59,833 bases of DNA, taken from Negaprion brevirostris (lineage: Eukaryota). This document shows, piece after piece, positions 25,700 through 37,060 of this stretch. The DNA lies in NCBI GenBank assembly GCA_030324005.1, contig JARDVH010000099.1, forward strand, positions 46,062,081-46,121,913. Direction: 5' to 3'. The notes beneath the pieces were generated by a model. That model was not told the origin of the DNA. It saw only the letters and a program-made list of their open reading frames with translations, and searched no databases. The translations under genes and the position numbers were made by a program. Every line of letters starts with the position of its first letter. Position 1 is the first letter of the stretch.

Positions 25700-25894
25700 A
25701 GACATTTCCAGAACTGGTATCACTGCACTTCCAATTCATGGCTTGAAATCTATTAAGAAGCTCATAGCTCAGTCAACCAATAACTTGAAAAGGTTACCAC
25801 CCCTGGATAACTTTGTAGAACTAAGGGAGGCCAGTATGACATATCCCAGCCACTGCTGTGCCTTTGAAAATGAAAATGCTAAGAAGAAAAAGGA
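25700..25894 (+). CDS. FSHR: FSH receptor last LRRs + start of hinge (equivalent to exon 9)
   Basis: ttttaacAG / GTGAGT, 195 bp, phase 2/2. (L)[64 protein letters not shown](E), with the conserved YPSHCCAF motif. Confidence 0.95.
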
Positions 25895-27000
25895 GTGAGT
25901 ATTATTTATTCTTTTACGTATGTCGAACCAATATAAATGCACAAAAGGAAGGAGAGGGTTCTGAGAGCCTGTAAATAAAAGACAAATTGCTGGAAATACA
26001 CAACGTATCAGTTAGCAACTGTAATGTAAAGAGATACATTACCACATTCTGGGAATGTGGCCTTTTTTGGAATAAAACTGTATTTCCAGCAGTTTATTTT
26101 TATTTCAGATATTTTGTTTCAGATTTTCATCATTTTTATCACCCTGGTGTTGGATATTGTGTCATTTTTACTAGCTCTTTAATTATGCGGGATGGCCCTC
26201 TTTAACAGTGCCTGTAAATCGAAAATGCATGTGGGAACACTGAACAATGAAAAAGAATTGAATACGACAGATTAATCAACGATGACAGGTTATTTTCTAG
26301 GACATACAATGGAACTATTTTTAAGCAAGTTCCTTTGATTCATCCATAGGATGTGAGTGTCAGAGGCAAGGACAACAGTTATTGCCTTCAGTAATTGCAC
26401 TTCAGAAGGTGGTAAACCACCTTCTCGAACTGCTACAATCCATGTGGTGCTGGTACACCCACTGTAAGAGTCCCAGGATTTTGACACAGCAATGATGAAG
26501 AAACAACGATTTAGTTCCAGGTCAGGATGGTGTGTAACCTGAAGGAGAACTTGCAGGTAGTGATGTTCCATACATCTGCTCCCCTTGTTCTTCTCAATGG
26601 TTGCAGGTTTAGAAGATGCACTTGAAGGAACCTTCCTAAGGAAGTCTACAGGGGAACTTAGATAGGTTTAAGAATGAGTGGGCACATATTTGGTAGTTGG
26701 AGTATAATGTGGGAAAATGTGAATCACATGCATGCTTCACGGAAGCAGCCGGCTAATTAAATCAACAGCTGCCTCCACTGAAGTAAGATTTTGGAAGAAC
26801 AGGAGTGTGAAATCTGGAGTATGCAGATTAGAACAAGTAAGATGAGATCTGAACTTGGCACATGTGTTTGGATAACCAGAGTACCCCTTTGGAGAGGTCA
26901 GGTACCCCTGTGGAGAAGTACTTTTGGGAGAAGTAAGGCACCCCTTGCGATTGTTAAAAGTGAATATGATTATGCACCTTTTATGCACAAAATCATTAGA

Positions 27001-27215
27001 ACTGTCAAGCTGTCAAAAAGCTGTCCAGCTGCCAAGAAACTGTTAAACCAGTTGTTCAGCTGTCAAGGAAGTGGTAACCAGCTATTTAGCTGTCAAGGAA
27101 CTGTCAAGCTGTCAAGAAATAATCCAGTTGTCAAGGAACTGTCAAAGAACTGTTATGGAGTTGTCCAGCTGTCAAACCTTTTGAAGTTATCCAGGAAGCG
27201 TCAAAGCTGTCAAGC
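27001..27215. repeat. Degenerate tandem array of CTGTCAAG / CAGCTG motifs in FSHR intron 9
   Basis: About nine exact CTGTCA hexamers plus variants in 215 bp. Confidence 0.75.
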
Positions 27216-28648
27216 ATACAGAGTGAGAGGCATTGAGGAGGTAAGGGCAAAGGGTGGTGGATGAGGGAATGAGTTAGCATTGTGTTGGCATAGGGGGTAT
27301 GGGGAAATGAAAGTGGTTTGAGAGACACTAAGTTGACTTTGGGGTTATGGGGGCCTGGAGGGGTGATACTTGATGATAGAACATAGATTGTGACATAAGT
27401 TGGCATGAATGAGGCAAAGGGAGTGTGTGAGGGTTGAGGGCTGAGGGCTGGAGGAATGTTTTTTGTTAGATTTACTTTTTCTTTATTTAAACACAGTGAT
27501 GGGACACTGAGGCAGGCCTTGTGCCCAGCCCGCCTCTGCAACTGGCAGACTCTATGATTGTTCCAAGGTCATCTGCCTCAGCCCAAAATCTGTGTGCAGA
27601 CATTTCTAAAGATTTTCTTTGTCGAGTCAGGAAATCTCCCAACACAGCAAACCCCATCTGAGATTAAAAATCTGTGCATTTGTTGGGCTGTTGCTTGATT
27701 AGTCTGTTTGGACAGCTGTCACAATTTCTTTGTATGGGTCCCCAGATGTTAATCAGCAGGAGTGATCTGGATAGGATGTGCCTTTGCTATTTTTAGTGCC
27801 TAGGTCATAGCCAGGTGGCCAGGCCAGTTTTAGTCTCATTTAACAATTCCATAGTATTTTGATACAACTGAGCCGCTTGCCAGTCCATTTTAGAGGCAAA
27901 GTAAGAGTCAACCACATTGCAGTGGGCCTGGAGTCACATATAGGCCTTGCCAAGTCTGGATTTTCCCCACTGAAGGGAATAAATGAACCAGATAGGTGTT
28001 TCTTGTTATGGAGACAAGATNNNNNNNNNNNNNNNNNNNNNNNNNNNNNNNNNNNNNNNNNNNNNNNNCCAAGGTGCCATAATGGGATTTAAATTTCTGC
28101 CCCCAGAACATTAGCCCGTGCGCAGTAACAGTGTAACTCATTCTCCCATCCATTCGTCTTTAGTGTGTCCCATCTCATCCACCATCATCAGTCAAGAGCA
28201 CAGTTCAGAGATTCACTTCACTGTCTTTACTAATGCAGAGTCAAAGATGTAATGCAAAAGACTTGATCAAATGGCAGAGCAGACTCGATGGGCTGAATGA
28301 CCTAATTTTGCACCTATATCTTATGAACATCTAGAAACAAAAAAACATGAAAAATTCACTACAAATAAGAAAGATAAAATACTGCAAATGCTGGAAATCT
28401 GAAAGTGAAACAGGAAATACTGGAGATACTCAGCAAATCAGGCAGTATCTCTGGAGAGAGAAACAAAGTTTACAAGCGAAATTTTGATAAATAATGAAAT
28501 ACATGAGTTTGGAGCAGTCAAACTCCAGAAGAGCTGAATGTGCAATAGTGCCAGCCAGTAGAAGGAGTGTTAGAAAAGTTCTCAGGCCAATCTGATGTTG
28601 CAACTTCTTTGAAATTAATAGAGCGTTTCTGGACTCTTAATACATTGT

Positions 28649-28935
28649 CACAGTGGTTAGCACTGCTGACTCACAGCACCAGGGATCCAGGTTCAATTCC
28701 TGATTTGGGTCACTGACTGTGCAGAGTCTGCATGTTTTCCCTGTGTCTACATGGGCTTCCTCCAGGCGCTCCTGTTTACTCCCACAGTCCAAAAATGTGC
28801 TAGTTAGGTGAATTGGTCATGCTAAATTCTCCCTCAGTGTACCCGAACAGGCATTGGAGTGTGGCGACTAGGGGATTTTCACAATAACTTCATGGCAGTG
28901 TTAATGTAAGCCTACTTGTGACTAATAAATAAAAT
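28649..28935 (+). mobile_element. HE1-like SINE variant with a different 3' tail
   Basis: Same head (CACAGTGGTTAGCAC..GGTTCAATTCC), ending ..CTACTTGTGACTAATAAATAAA. Confidence 0.7.
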
Positions 28936-29197
28936 TTAACTTTATCTTGCTGTGTCTGAGGTCTCACTGAAGTAGCTCTGTGAAGAAAGAAAATCAATGG
29001 TATCTTTGAAATTGCAAAATAGATTTCTGAATTTTTCTACATACTCATTGAGATCATGCTTTAATCAAAAGATACTCTGCCTGAGATATTCCTTACACAT
29101 TTTCTGCTCTAGATATTCCTTACACTGTGTTGTTGATTCCAGGTTGCTCATTTCTCACCAGAATCGTTGCGAAATTTGTAACTTTGCTTTCTTCCAG

Positions 29198-30539
29198 ATT
29201 ACAATGGTCTCTGTTATGTAACAAGTTCTCTGGCAAGAATTACGACTCCAGCAACACAAGCTCTGAGATGGAACCTGAGATCGGTTCCACACACTCAAAA
29301 AGATCCATACCGCTGAATTCTGCTATACCTCAACAATATGCATTCCTTGAAAGTGAGGCATGGTTTGACTTAAATGAAGATGAGCCATTTTTTGACTATG
29401 GTCTCTGTTCTAATGTAGTAGATGTGACCTGTAATCCAAAAGCAGATGACTTCAATCCATGTGAAGATATTGTGGGAAAAGATATTTTAAGAGTCATAAT
29501 ATGGCTAATGAACATTCTCGCTATTATAGGGAATGTCATCGTTCTCATAGTCCTATTAACCAGTCGATATAAACTCACAGTTCCACGCTTTCTGATGTGC
29601 AATCTTGCCTTCTCTGACTTTTGTATGGGACTTTATTTGTTGCTTATTGCTTCTGTAGATATCTGGACCAAAGGCCAGTATTATAACTATGCTATAGACT
29701 GGCAGACTGGTGCTGGTTGTGCATCTGCTGGATTCTTCACTGTTTTTGCCAGTGAGCTCTCAGTGTACACACTCACTGCAATCACCCTAGAAAGGTGGCA
29801 CACAATTACTTATGCCATGCAACTGGACAGAAAACTCCATCTAAGGCATGCCATTGTGATTATGTGTGGTGGTTGGGCTTTCTCTTTCATTGTTGCCCTA
29901 CTGCCTCTTCTTGGGGTCAGTAGCTACAGGAAAGTGAGCATCTGTCTCCCTATGGATGTAAACTCCCCAGTTTCTCAGGCTTACATTATTTTCATTTTGC
30001 TACTAAATGTCATTGCATTTTTGATCATTTGTTTTTGCTATATTAAGATCTACCAGACAGTTAGAAACCCCAACTTCATCTCCACAAATGGTGATACAAA
30101 AATTGCCAAACGCATGGCTGTGCTAATCTTCACAGATTTCATTTGTATGTCACCGATATCTTTCTTTGCTATTTCAGCAGCTCTCAAGGTGCCTTTTATC
30201 ACAGTGTCCAGTTCCAAGATACTTCTGGTCTTGTTTTACCCAATCAATTCTTGTGCCAATCCTTTCTTGTACGCATTTTTCACCAAGACCTTTCGCCGAG
30301 ATTTCTATATTCTTTTAAGCAGGTTTGGTTACTGTGAAATGAAAGCACAGCTTTACAGGACAGAAACAACATCCTCTGTTCAAAATTCCAATGTGAGAAA
30401 TGGTACCTTAGCTTCTATGCCACATTTTGGCCAAAGCACAGCGTGCACAGTAGCCACTCATCGCCAACCATGTGGGCCTCACAACCTCAATTCTCAAGAG
30501 TCTCACCAATCGCTTACAGGAATCTATGCTATCAACTGA
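29198..30539 (+). CDS. FSHR: FSH receptor terminal exon: hinge, 7TM domain and C-tail (equivalent to exon 10)
   Basis: cttccAG acceptor at 29197, phase-2 join to exon 9, TGA ending 30539. Motifs [38 protein letters not shown]-tail [23 protein letters not shown] matches FSHR ([23 protein letters not shown]). The hinge is in the same exon as the 7TM, as in FSHR and unlike mammalian LHCGR. Confidence 0.95.
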
Positions 30540-31613
30540 CAGTACATAGATTTTCCTGAAGTAAATTTGTATTGGTTAACCTTGAAGAAGATCTCGGATA
30601 TCCTCCTGTCAAAATATCAGGAAGTTATTATTTGTTGTTAAGTGTATCAGGATCCCAAGCCTCAAGTTATTAAACTTGTGGTGCATCCTTTGCAAGGGAG
30701 CAGGCACCTCTAAGTTAAGGCTGATCTTACAGGGAATGAATCAATGGTTGTACAACATGGCATTAGCACGACCTGATTGCAGAATACAGATATGTGTTTC
30801 AAGTAATTTGCAAAGACCTATTTTCTGCAACAAGTTATCAATGACATAGTCTCAATGCACTTGAGTTACTTTGTCAATATTAGACTTGCTTTAAAGTTTA
30901 CCAGATTTTATTGTTATTTAATGTAATGTTTTAATGTAAAATAGCAATCATATTGTACTCTGGATTTCTTGTATTTGACAGAGACAATTTACTCCTGAAA
31001 ACAAATTACATCTATATTTCCTAGAATTTGAATGTTTAAAAGTTGCTATTGCCTCTTTTTTCTAAAACATACTCCAGATAATGACCACTTGATGTTGAAC
31101 CAATGCTGAATTAAAGATTTATGTTTTATGTTGAATTAGATAATCATGTGCTTAATCACAATAATGTCGTGTTATATTGTATAAGTCTCAGTATGATGTT
31201 ATTGCTCTTATTAAAGTATTGAATGTGTTATTGTTGGTGTTAGGGTACCTGGATGAGAGAGAGGGGAAATCTGCCAAGATTCTTGCTCCTGATTACAATC
31301 TAGTAATGTCTAAATTGGAAATATTGCAAGTGGGAGCAATCTGGGTGAGGACAGGTAAGGAGCATTGGATTTTGTCACAGTGAATGTCCCCCATCTGCCT
31401 CCATCAAAGTAAAATAATATTCAGGAATGGAAAGGGGAAAAGTAGAGGAGGAGTAACAGGATTATCAGCAATCTTCTAACTATAGTTTAAGATTTGATTT
31501 ATATGAATTGCAGGATTGTTAACCACTGAAAAGATTGGAATTGTTTTCATAAGATTCCGGTTTGTACCTGTTGATTGAAAATTTTATTCAAGTTTATGGA
31601 TATTTATTGTGAT

Positions 31614-31619
31614 AATAAA
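31614..31619 (+). terminator. Candidate polyadenylation signal of FSHR (3' UTR about 1.1 kb)
   Basis: First canonical AATAAA I find after the stop, at the end of an AT-rich, repeat-poor stretch. ATTAAA variants occur earlier. Confidence 0.5.
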
Positions 31620-31914
31620 GAGCTGTATCATCTTTGAACACCGTGAGTGAAGTATATTACATGCAGTCAGTTTCTCAGCACCTTCACATGTGGATTTACA
31701 GAAAATGCATTGGACGTTGGGAAGTTCTTGAGTTTTCTATGGCCACTTGTACTGTGCTGTGTTGCACGTATTTGACTTTAGAGTTACATACTTATCAGAT
31801 TTGATTGTCTAGCAATACAAAGGTTCTGTAACTTAATTGTACTTCATTCCTTTCCACTGTGGCAGGTAAGCACTGATGTATTGCACCACTATATCGCCCT
31901 TTTTGTATTATTCA

Positions 31915-32510
31915 CAGAATCTTTACAATGTAGAAGGAGGCCATTCAGCACATTGAATCTGCACTAGTTCTCTTAAAGAGCATTCTACGTAAACCCACTT
32001 CCCTACCTTAGCCCCATAACCCTGCCTATTCTTTCTATTCAAAGAGCAATTCAAATCCTTTTTGAATCCCTCAGTCGAATCTGCCTCCAACATCTTCTGG
32101 AGAAGTTCAGACCCAGATTTCAACCACCCTTGGGTGAAAATCTTTTTCTTCACCTCACTTTCAAATCTGTGCCCTCTATTTCATGGTGCTGTCTTGAGAG
32201 GGAACAGTTTCTCAAAATTTACCCTGTCTATATCCCTCAGGATCTTGAATACCTCTATCAAGTCTCCACTCAGCCTTCCCTTCTCCAAGGAAAACAGTCC
32301 CAAGGAATCATTCTTGTGAACCTGTGCTATGCTCTCTTTCCAATGCCTTCACATCCTTCTTCAAATATGACACCGAGAACTCAACACAATACTCCAGATC
32401 AGGCCTAACTCATCCCTATGTAAGTTTAACATGTACTCAGTCCCCCTACCAATAGTACCTAGGATACCATATGTTTTATTATCTGCTCTCTCAATATGCT
32501 CTGTCTCTTT
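31915..32510 (-). mobile_element. Decayed CR1 LINE 3' fragment
   Basis: Minus strand KKKIFTQ...MLEADSTEGFKKDLN resembles the CR1 ORF2 C-terminus. Confidence 0.6.
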
Positions 32511-33284
32511 CCATGACTTATTAATATTTATGGTCTAAAGTGTGAATCTCTTCATTAAAGAGTGCTGGGTGTCATTACACTCTTTGAACAAATCAGCCTT
32601 GGTACTGTGTTGAGATCACAGCTCATCACCCACCTATCTACTCTGACTCATTTTCTCCAAAGACCACAAAACTCTTTCCTCCCTGCAGTTTTTCTTGCCT
32701 ACTGCAGTATTTAAGGTTTTAAAAAACAGATTTTACCATCAGGTAATCACTGCTTCCTGATTTACTTTGTCTGCTGTTTTGTTTCTCTTACTATTGATGA
32801 AGTTTTACACTTGGGGCTTGACTCTCCAATCTGCCTTCCCAGTTTAAATAACTCTGCGTAGAAAGAGAGGAAAAAATGGAAACATGTTCACAAATCATTA
32901 CGAGTACCAAACAAGAATCAAATCATCACTTTTTGCCATTACAGATTACTTAGCCTTCTGTGCTACAGCTAGGGTGTGGTTGGGTTGCCAGTCTGTTGTC
33001 TACCCAATGTGTTCAGCCATTTCTTGATATCGGGTGGAGAGAATTGAATTGGATGGAGACTGGCACCGTAATTGTAGGAGACTGAGATTTGTAATGCATC
33101 TATTACCCTTGCTGATGGTGGCTTCAAATTATTCAGCCTTCTTTGTACTGACATGCTGGGCTCCATCATTATTAAAGATATGCAAGTTAATGCAGTCTCC
33201 TTCCAAGCCCTCCCTATCAATTTTCGCAATGGACCATTCCCTCTGTGACATTCAGCTCCTCTCCTCAATCACCCCTAACAGCCT

Positions 33285-33700
33285 TTCCCTTCCCTAAAGC
33301 ACTTTTCAGTGCAAGTGCAGATACAGCACCTGTCCTTTCCCCTCCTCCCTCCTCACCATCCTCCCTTCTCAAATGCTTCTTCCAAATTAAATCACTTTGC
33401 ATATACTTTTTATGATTTAGTATGCTGAATTCACTGTACACAATACGTGGTCCTCCTCTGCACTGGGAAGACCAAATGCAGACCAGGTACCATTTTGTGA
33501 AACACTTCTGTCCAATCTGCAAGCATGACCCTGAGCTTCCTGTTACTCACTTATTATTCCAACTTGCTCTCAGGCTGACTTTTCTATCAATGGCCTGCTG
33601 CAATGTTCCAATGAAATTCAATGCAAGTTCAAGGAATGACACTTAATTTTTCAACTTGTTTCTGGACTCAATACTGAGTTCAATGACTTCAGATCATAAC
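33285..33700 (+). mobile_element. Decayed Penelope GIY-YIG endonuclease remnant
   Basis: IHCTQ..LLCTGKTKCR resembles IRCSQCGLLYIGETKRRL, with frameshifts. Confidence 0.5.
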
Positions 33701-33889
33701 TTTTACCTCCATCATGTTCTATGTGCTTTTTTTGCTAGCTTGTTTCTTTCTTTCGTCCTTCATGCTGCATTCAGATAGCTGTTAAATAACCATTCTCGCC
33801 TGGACACAAACTGTGTCACATTAGCAAAATTCATTAACATTCATTTGGCTTTTGCAACAAGAAATCTTCACTGCCTTCGTCCTTGTCTC

Positions 33890-34043
33890 GGACAATCTGT
33901 CTGCCTTCCCCAGACATCCTTCCTCCCTGCCTTGGACAGTTTGTTTGCCTTTCCCAGATATCCTCCCTCCCTGCCTTGGACAGTCTGTCTGCCTTAACCA
34001 GATATCCTCCTTCCCTGCCTCAGACACAGTCTGTCTGCCTTCC
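33890..34043. repeat. 44-bp pyrimidine-rich minisatellite, about 3.5 copies
   Basis: Units start at 33890, 33934, 33978 and about 34022 (GGACAGTCTGTCTGCCTTCCCCAGATATCCTCCCTCCCTGCCTT). Confidence 0.9.
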
Positions 34044-35437
34044 TGCCCCTCCTATCCAGCTTGCTGTCCAAACTTCCATCCTTCTCCCCTGGTGTTGCCT
34101 TCCATGACCAGCCTTTGGGCAGCTTGGACCCTAGTACCGAATCTCAATTCACAATTTGATATTTGTGAGTGATCCCCAAGAGGATAAAGCAATGGCTATG
34201 CACTTCAAAATAATGGAAGAAGTCAATCTCACCAGGTACACACCACTTATAGTTGTAAATGTGAATATTCTAATTTCTAACTGGTGGGCAACTTAATTTA
34301 GAGAGGGAGTTTAATTCTGTTGAGGTGGTCTTTTAATGAGCATGCTTGACTTACTAATGCATGAAAAACAGGTTCCCAATATTGTTCATTGAGTAACATA
34401 ACTTGCCACTGTTAAAGTCTCAAGAAAATAATCGGAAAAGTTCATCCAGCCACCAGGAAACTTTTTTTTAAACCTCACAACAGATTAATTCCCCCTCCAC
34501 CAAGCTTCCTGCTGCTGGTGGGCCCGAAAGATTACGCCCACGTTTGCAGGTTGTTATCCTTTTGGAATCAACAAACAAGCTTGTTTTCATTACCTCACCT
34601 AACCTGGGATTCTAGTTCCAAAGCAGCATTTTGATGGGTTCTCTCCAAATGTTCTACATTCCATTTATCCTGAGCTGTTTAGGGGTTTTGATAGGCAACA
34701 TTTTAAAAACCTGATTGAGAAATTGCCTAAGGTCCTAAAAGGTGAAGATTGACTGATCAGAAACTTTGATTGTCTTACACCAGATTGGACTGAGCTAATG
34801 TTCCCCGAGGCAATGTATTGCCAGTAGAGACAGAATGGTCTACAGTAGAAGTGTTCTTTTTTCCTTACAAAAATTTGAAGTGCACACATATCAAATGACT
34901 TACTGAGGATGACTGCTGACTTTCTCGGCTTCTTGACATAATCAAAACTAGTTTTAGCATTGTCAATCAGCAACATGTAGTGACAACATCTTTGTTTTGA
35001 TCTCCTTGAGTTTTTGGGACTATTTCTGCACATATATCAAATCTGATGACAAGTTGATGCATCACTGGTGTTATCTTGTCACTAGCAACACACCACTCTG
35101 TACAAGCTCATTGGATAAGATGAAAATTCATGCACATGAGTAGAAACTGTGAGAAATTGTGCAACTGTAAAACAATTGCTGATAAGCATTTATACAACTG
35201 GCCTTTATATTTCCTCTTTTTTATGTTAGATGCATGATGGAGAAATGAATGAAAGGTAGTGCCAATATGCTTAGATGAAACAAGGTGAACATAAGAACAT
35301 AAGAAATAGGAGCAGGANNNNNNNNNNNNNNNNNNNNNNNNNNNNNNNNNNNNNNNNNNNNNNNNNNNNNNNNNNNNNNNNNNNNNNNNNNNNNNNNNNN
35401 NNNNNNNNNNNNNNNNNCAGTGTACAAAGAGCAAACC

Positions 35438-35545
35438 CCGAAAGCTAGTGGTGTTTACTACCAAATAAACCTGTTGGACTTTAACCTGGTATTGTGATAC
35501 TATTAACTGTGTTTACCCTAGTCCAACACCAGCATCTCCACATCA
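35438..35545 (+). mobile_element. Penelope terminal repeat fragment
   Basis: CCGAAAGCTAGTG..CCAAATAAACCTGTTGGACTTTAACCTGG..CATCTCCACATCA is the reverse complement of 864-967. Confidence 0.75.
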
Positions 35546-36073
35546 AGTGTACACAGAGCAGAGGAATCCAATTAATGCTTTCCAATTACACCTTTTTGAG
35601 GGATTCTTTTTTCCAGTATATATTTCCTGTATTTCTTGAACAGCACATGGAAGGCCCATGCTTTGGATTTGTCTTTCTAAACGGCTCCATTTCTCCTTTA
35701 AATTTCTTCATAAAACCCACTTCTCTGATCAAGCTTTTGATCATCATTGTTTACTTGTCTCAGCGTCCATTGTTGTCAGATAACATCTCTTAAAGTGCCT
35801 TGAAACCTAAGGCACTGTGTAATTTCAAGTGGATTTCTAGTGGATTTATTTACCCATATACAGAAGAGTATTAAGTAAGTAAGTATTCATTCTCAAAGAT
35901 GTTATCACTCTTACAGCATAAAATTTGGAATGAAACTTGAACTTCTTCAAACTGAATTAATATGTTGTTAACAAATAAAATCAATGAACTGTATTGAGAA
36001 AAAGAGACATCAATTCATTGATGAATCTTTACAAATGCATTTGCAGCTCAAGTAAAGGGGACACTCATTAGAG

Positions 36074-36118
36074 TAGAATAGAATATAGTAGAATAGGATA
36101 GAATAGAATAGAATAGAA
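36074..36118. repeat. (AATAG)n microsatellite
   Basis: Direct reading. Confidence 0.85.
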
Positions 36119-36719
36119 CTGTCTGCACAAAAGTGAAAAAATGTCTTTGGCTCCTCTGCCGGTATAACATAATCATACAGTCATTAGTTTAAAAACAATG
36201 AACATTTCAAGAGTGCTTATGTGCACCAAGCTGTGCTAAATCAACATTATTACAATAAAACAAGCCTTCCTTGAGACTTTTTTTCCTGCCTGATTGAGGC
36301 TCCATAAATTATAATGAAAAAATAAAAATCACTTTATTAAGAGCTTCCATGTCACTCAGGAGGTTTCAGGCCAATCCACAACCAACAACCTGCTCTGAAA
36401 ACTCTGCTCACATTTTGACAGCTGCAACAATTCCAAAACAATCAACAGCATTCTAAATAAAACAGCACCCAAAATAAAGTCAATTCACCCCATCTCCCAA
36501 AGTTAATGACTCCATTACAAAATTGCAGGATTCAGATCCACATCGTCTCTTAAAAACAAATCAGCTCTTCGTTGAGCTTTTTCTGTCTGTGCACTAGGTT
36601 GCAACAAAATCCATTCATTATTTTTTGAAAGTAAAGAGTGGAATTTTCTGGCTGTGTCACAGCAAGGGTGTGGTATGAAAATGAATGAGCAGTTTAAAAG
36701 CCCATTGACTTGGGCAGCT

Positions 36720-37060
36720 GGCGACAGCACTGCTGCCTTGTAGCGCCAGGAACCTGGGTTTGATTCCAGCTTCCAGCTTTGGGGCACTGTCTATGTGTAG
36801 GTTGTACATTTCTTCTTGTGTCTGTGTGGGTTTCTTCAGGGTGCTCCAATTTCCTCCCACAGTCCAAAGATGCGTAGGTTAGGTGGATTGCCCCTTAGTG
36901 TCCAAGGGTATGTGGATTAAGGGGATCAGCTATGGTAAATGTGCGGGGTTACGATGGTAGAGTAAGGGCTTGAGTAAGATGCTCTTCTGTAGAGCCAGTG
37001 CAGACTCAATGGGCCAAATGGCCTCCATCTGCCCTGTAGGAATTCTATGGATTCTATGGA
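36720..37060 (+). mobile_element. HE1-like SINE
   Basis: AGCACTGCTGCC..GGTTTGATTCC..TTCTATGGATTCTATG. Confidence 0.75.

Noticed and set aside
29127-29197. N-terminal 24 residues of the 470-aa ORF as a real start
   Set aside because: Intronic. The polypyrimidine tract and AG at 29196-29197 give an in-frame join to exon 9.
10881-30539. Calling the receptor LHCGR or TSHR
   Set aside because: The 72-bp exon 5, DISRT, NLT sequon, VVDVTC, absence of a separate hinge exon and the YRTET C-tail all favour FSHR, despite an LHCGR-like exon 7.
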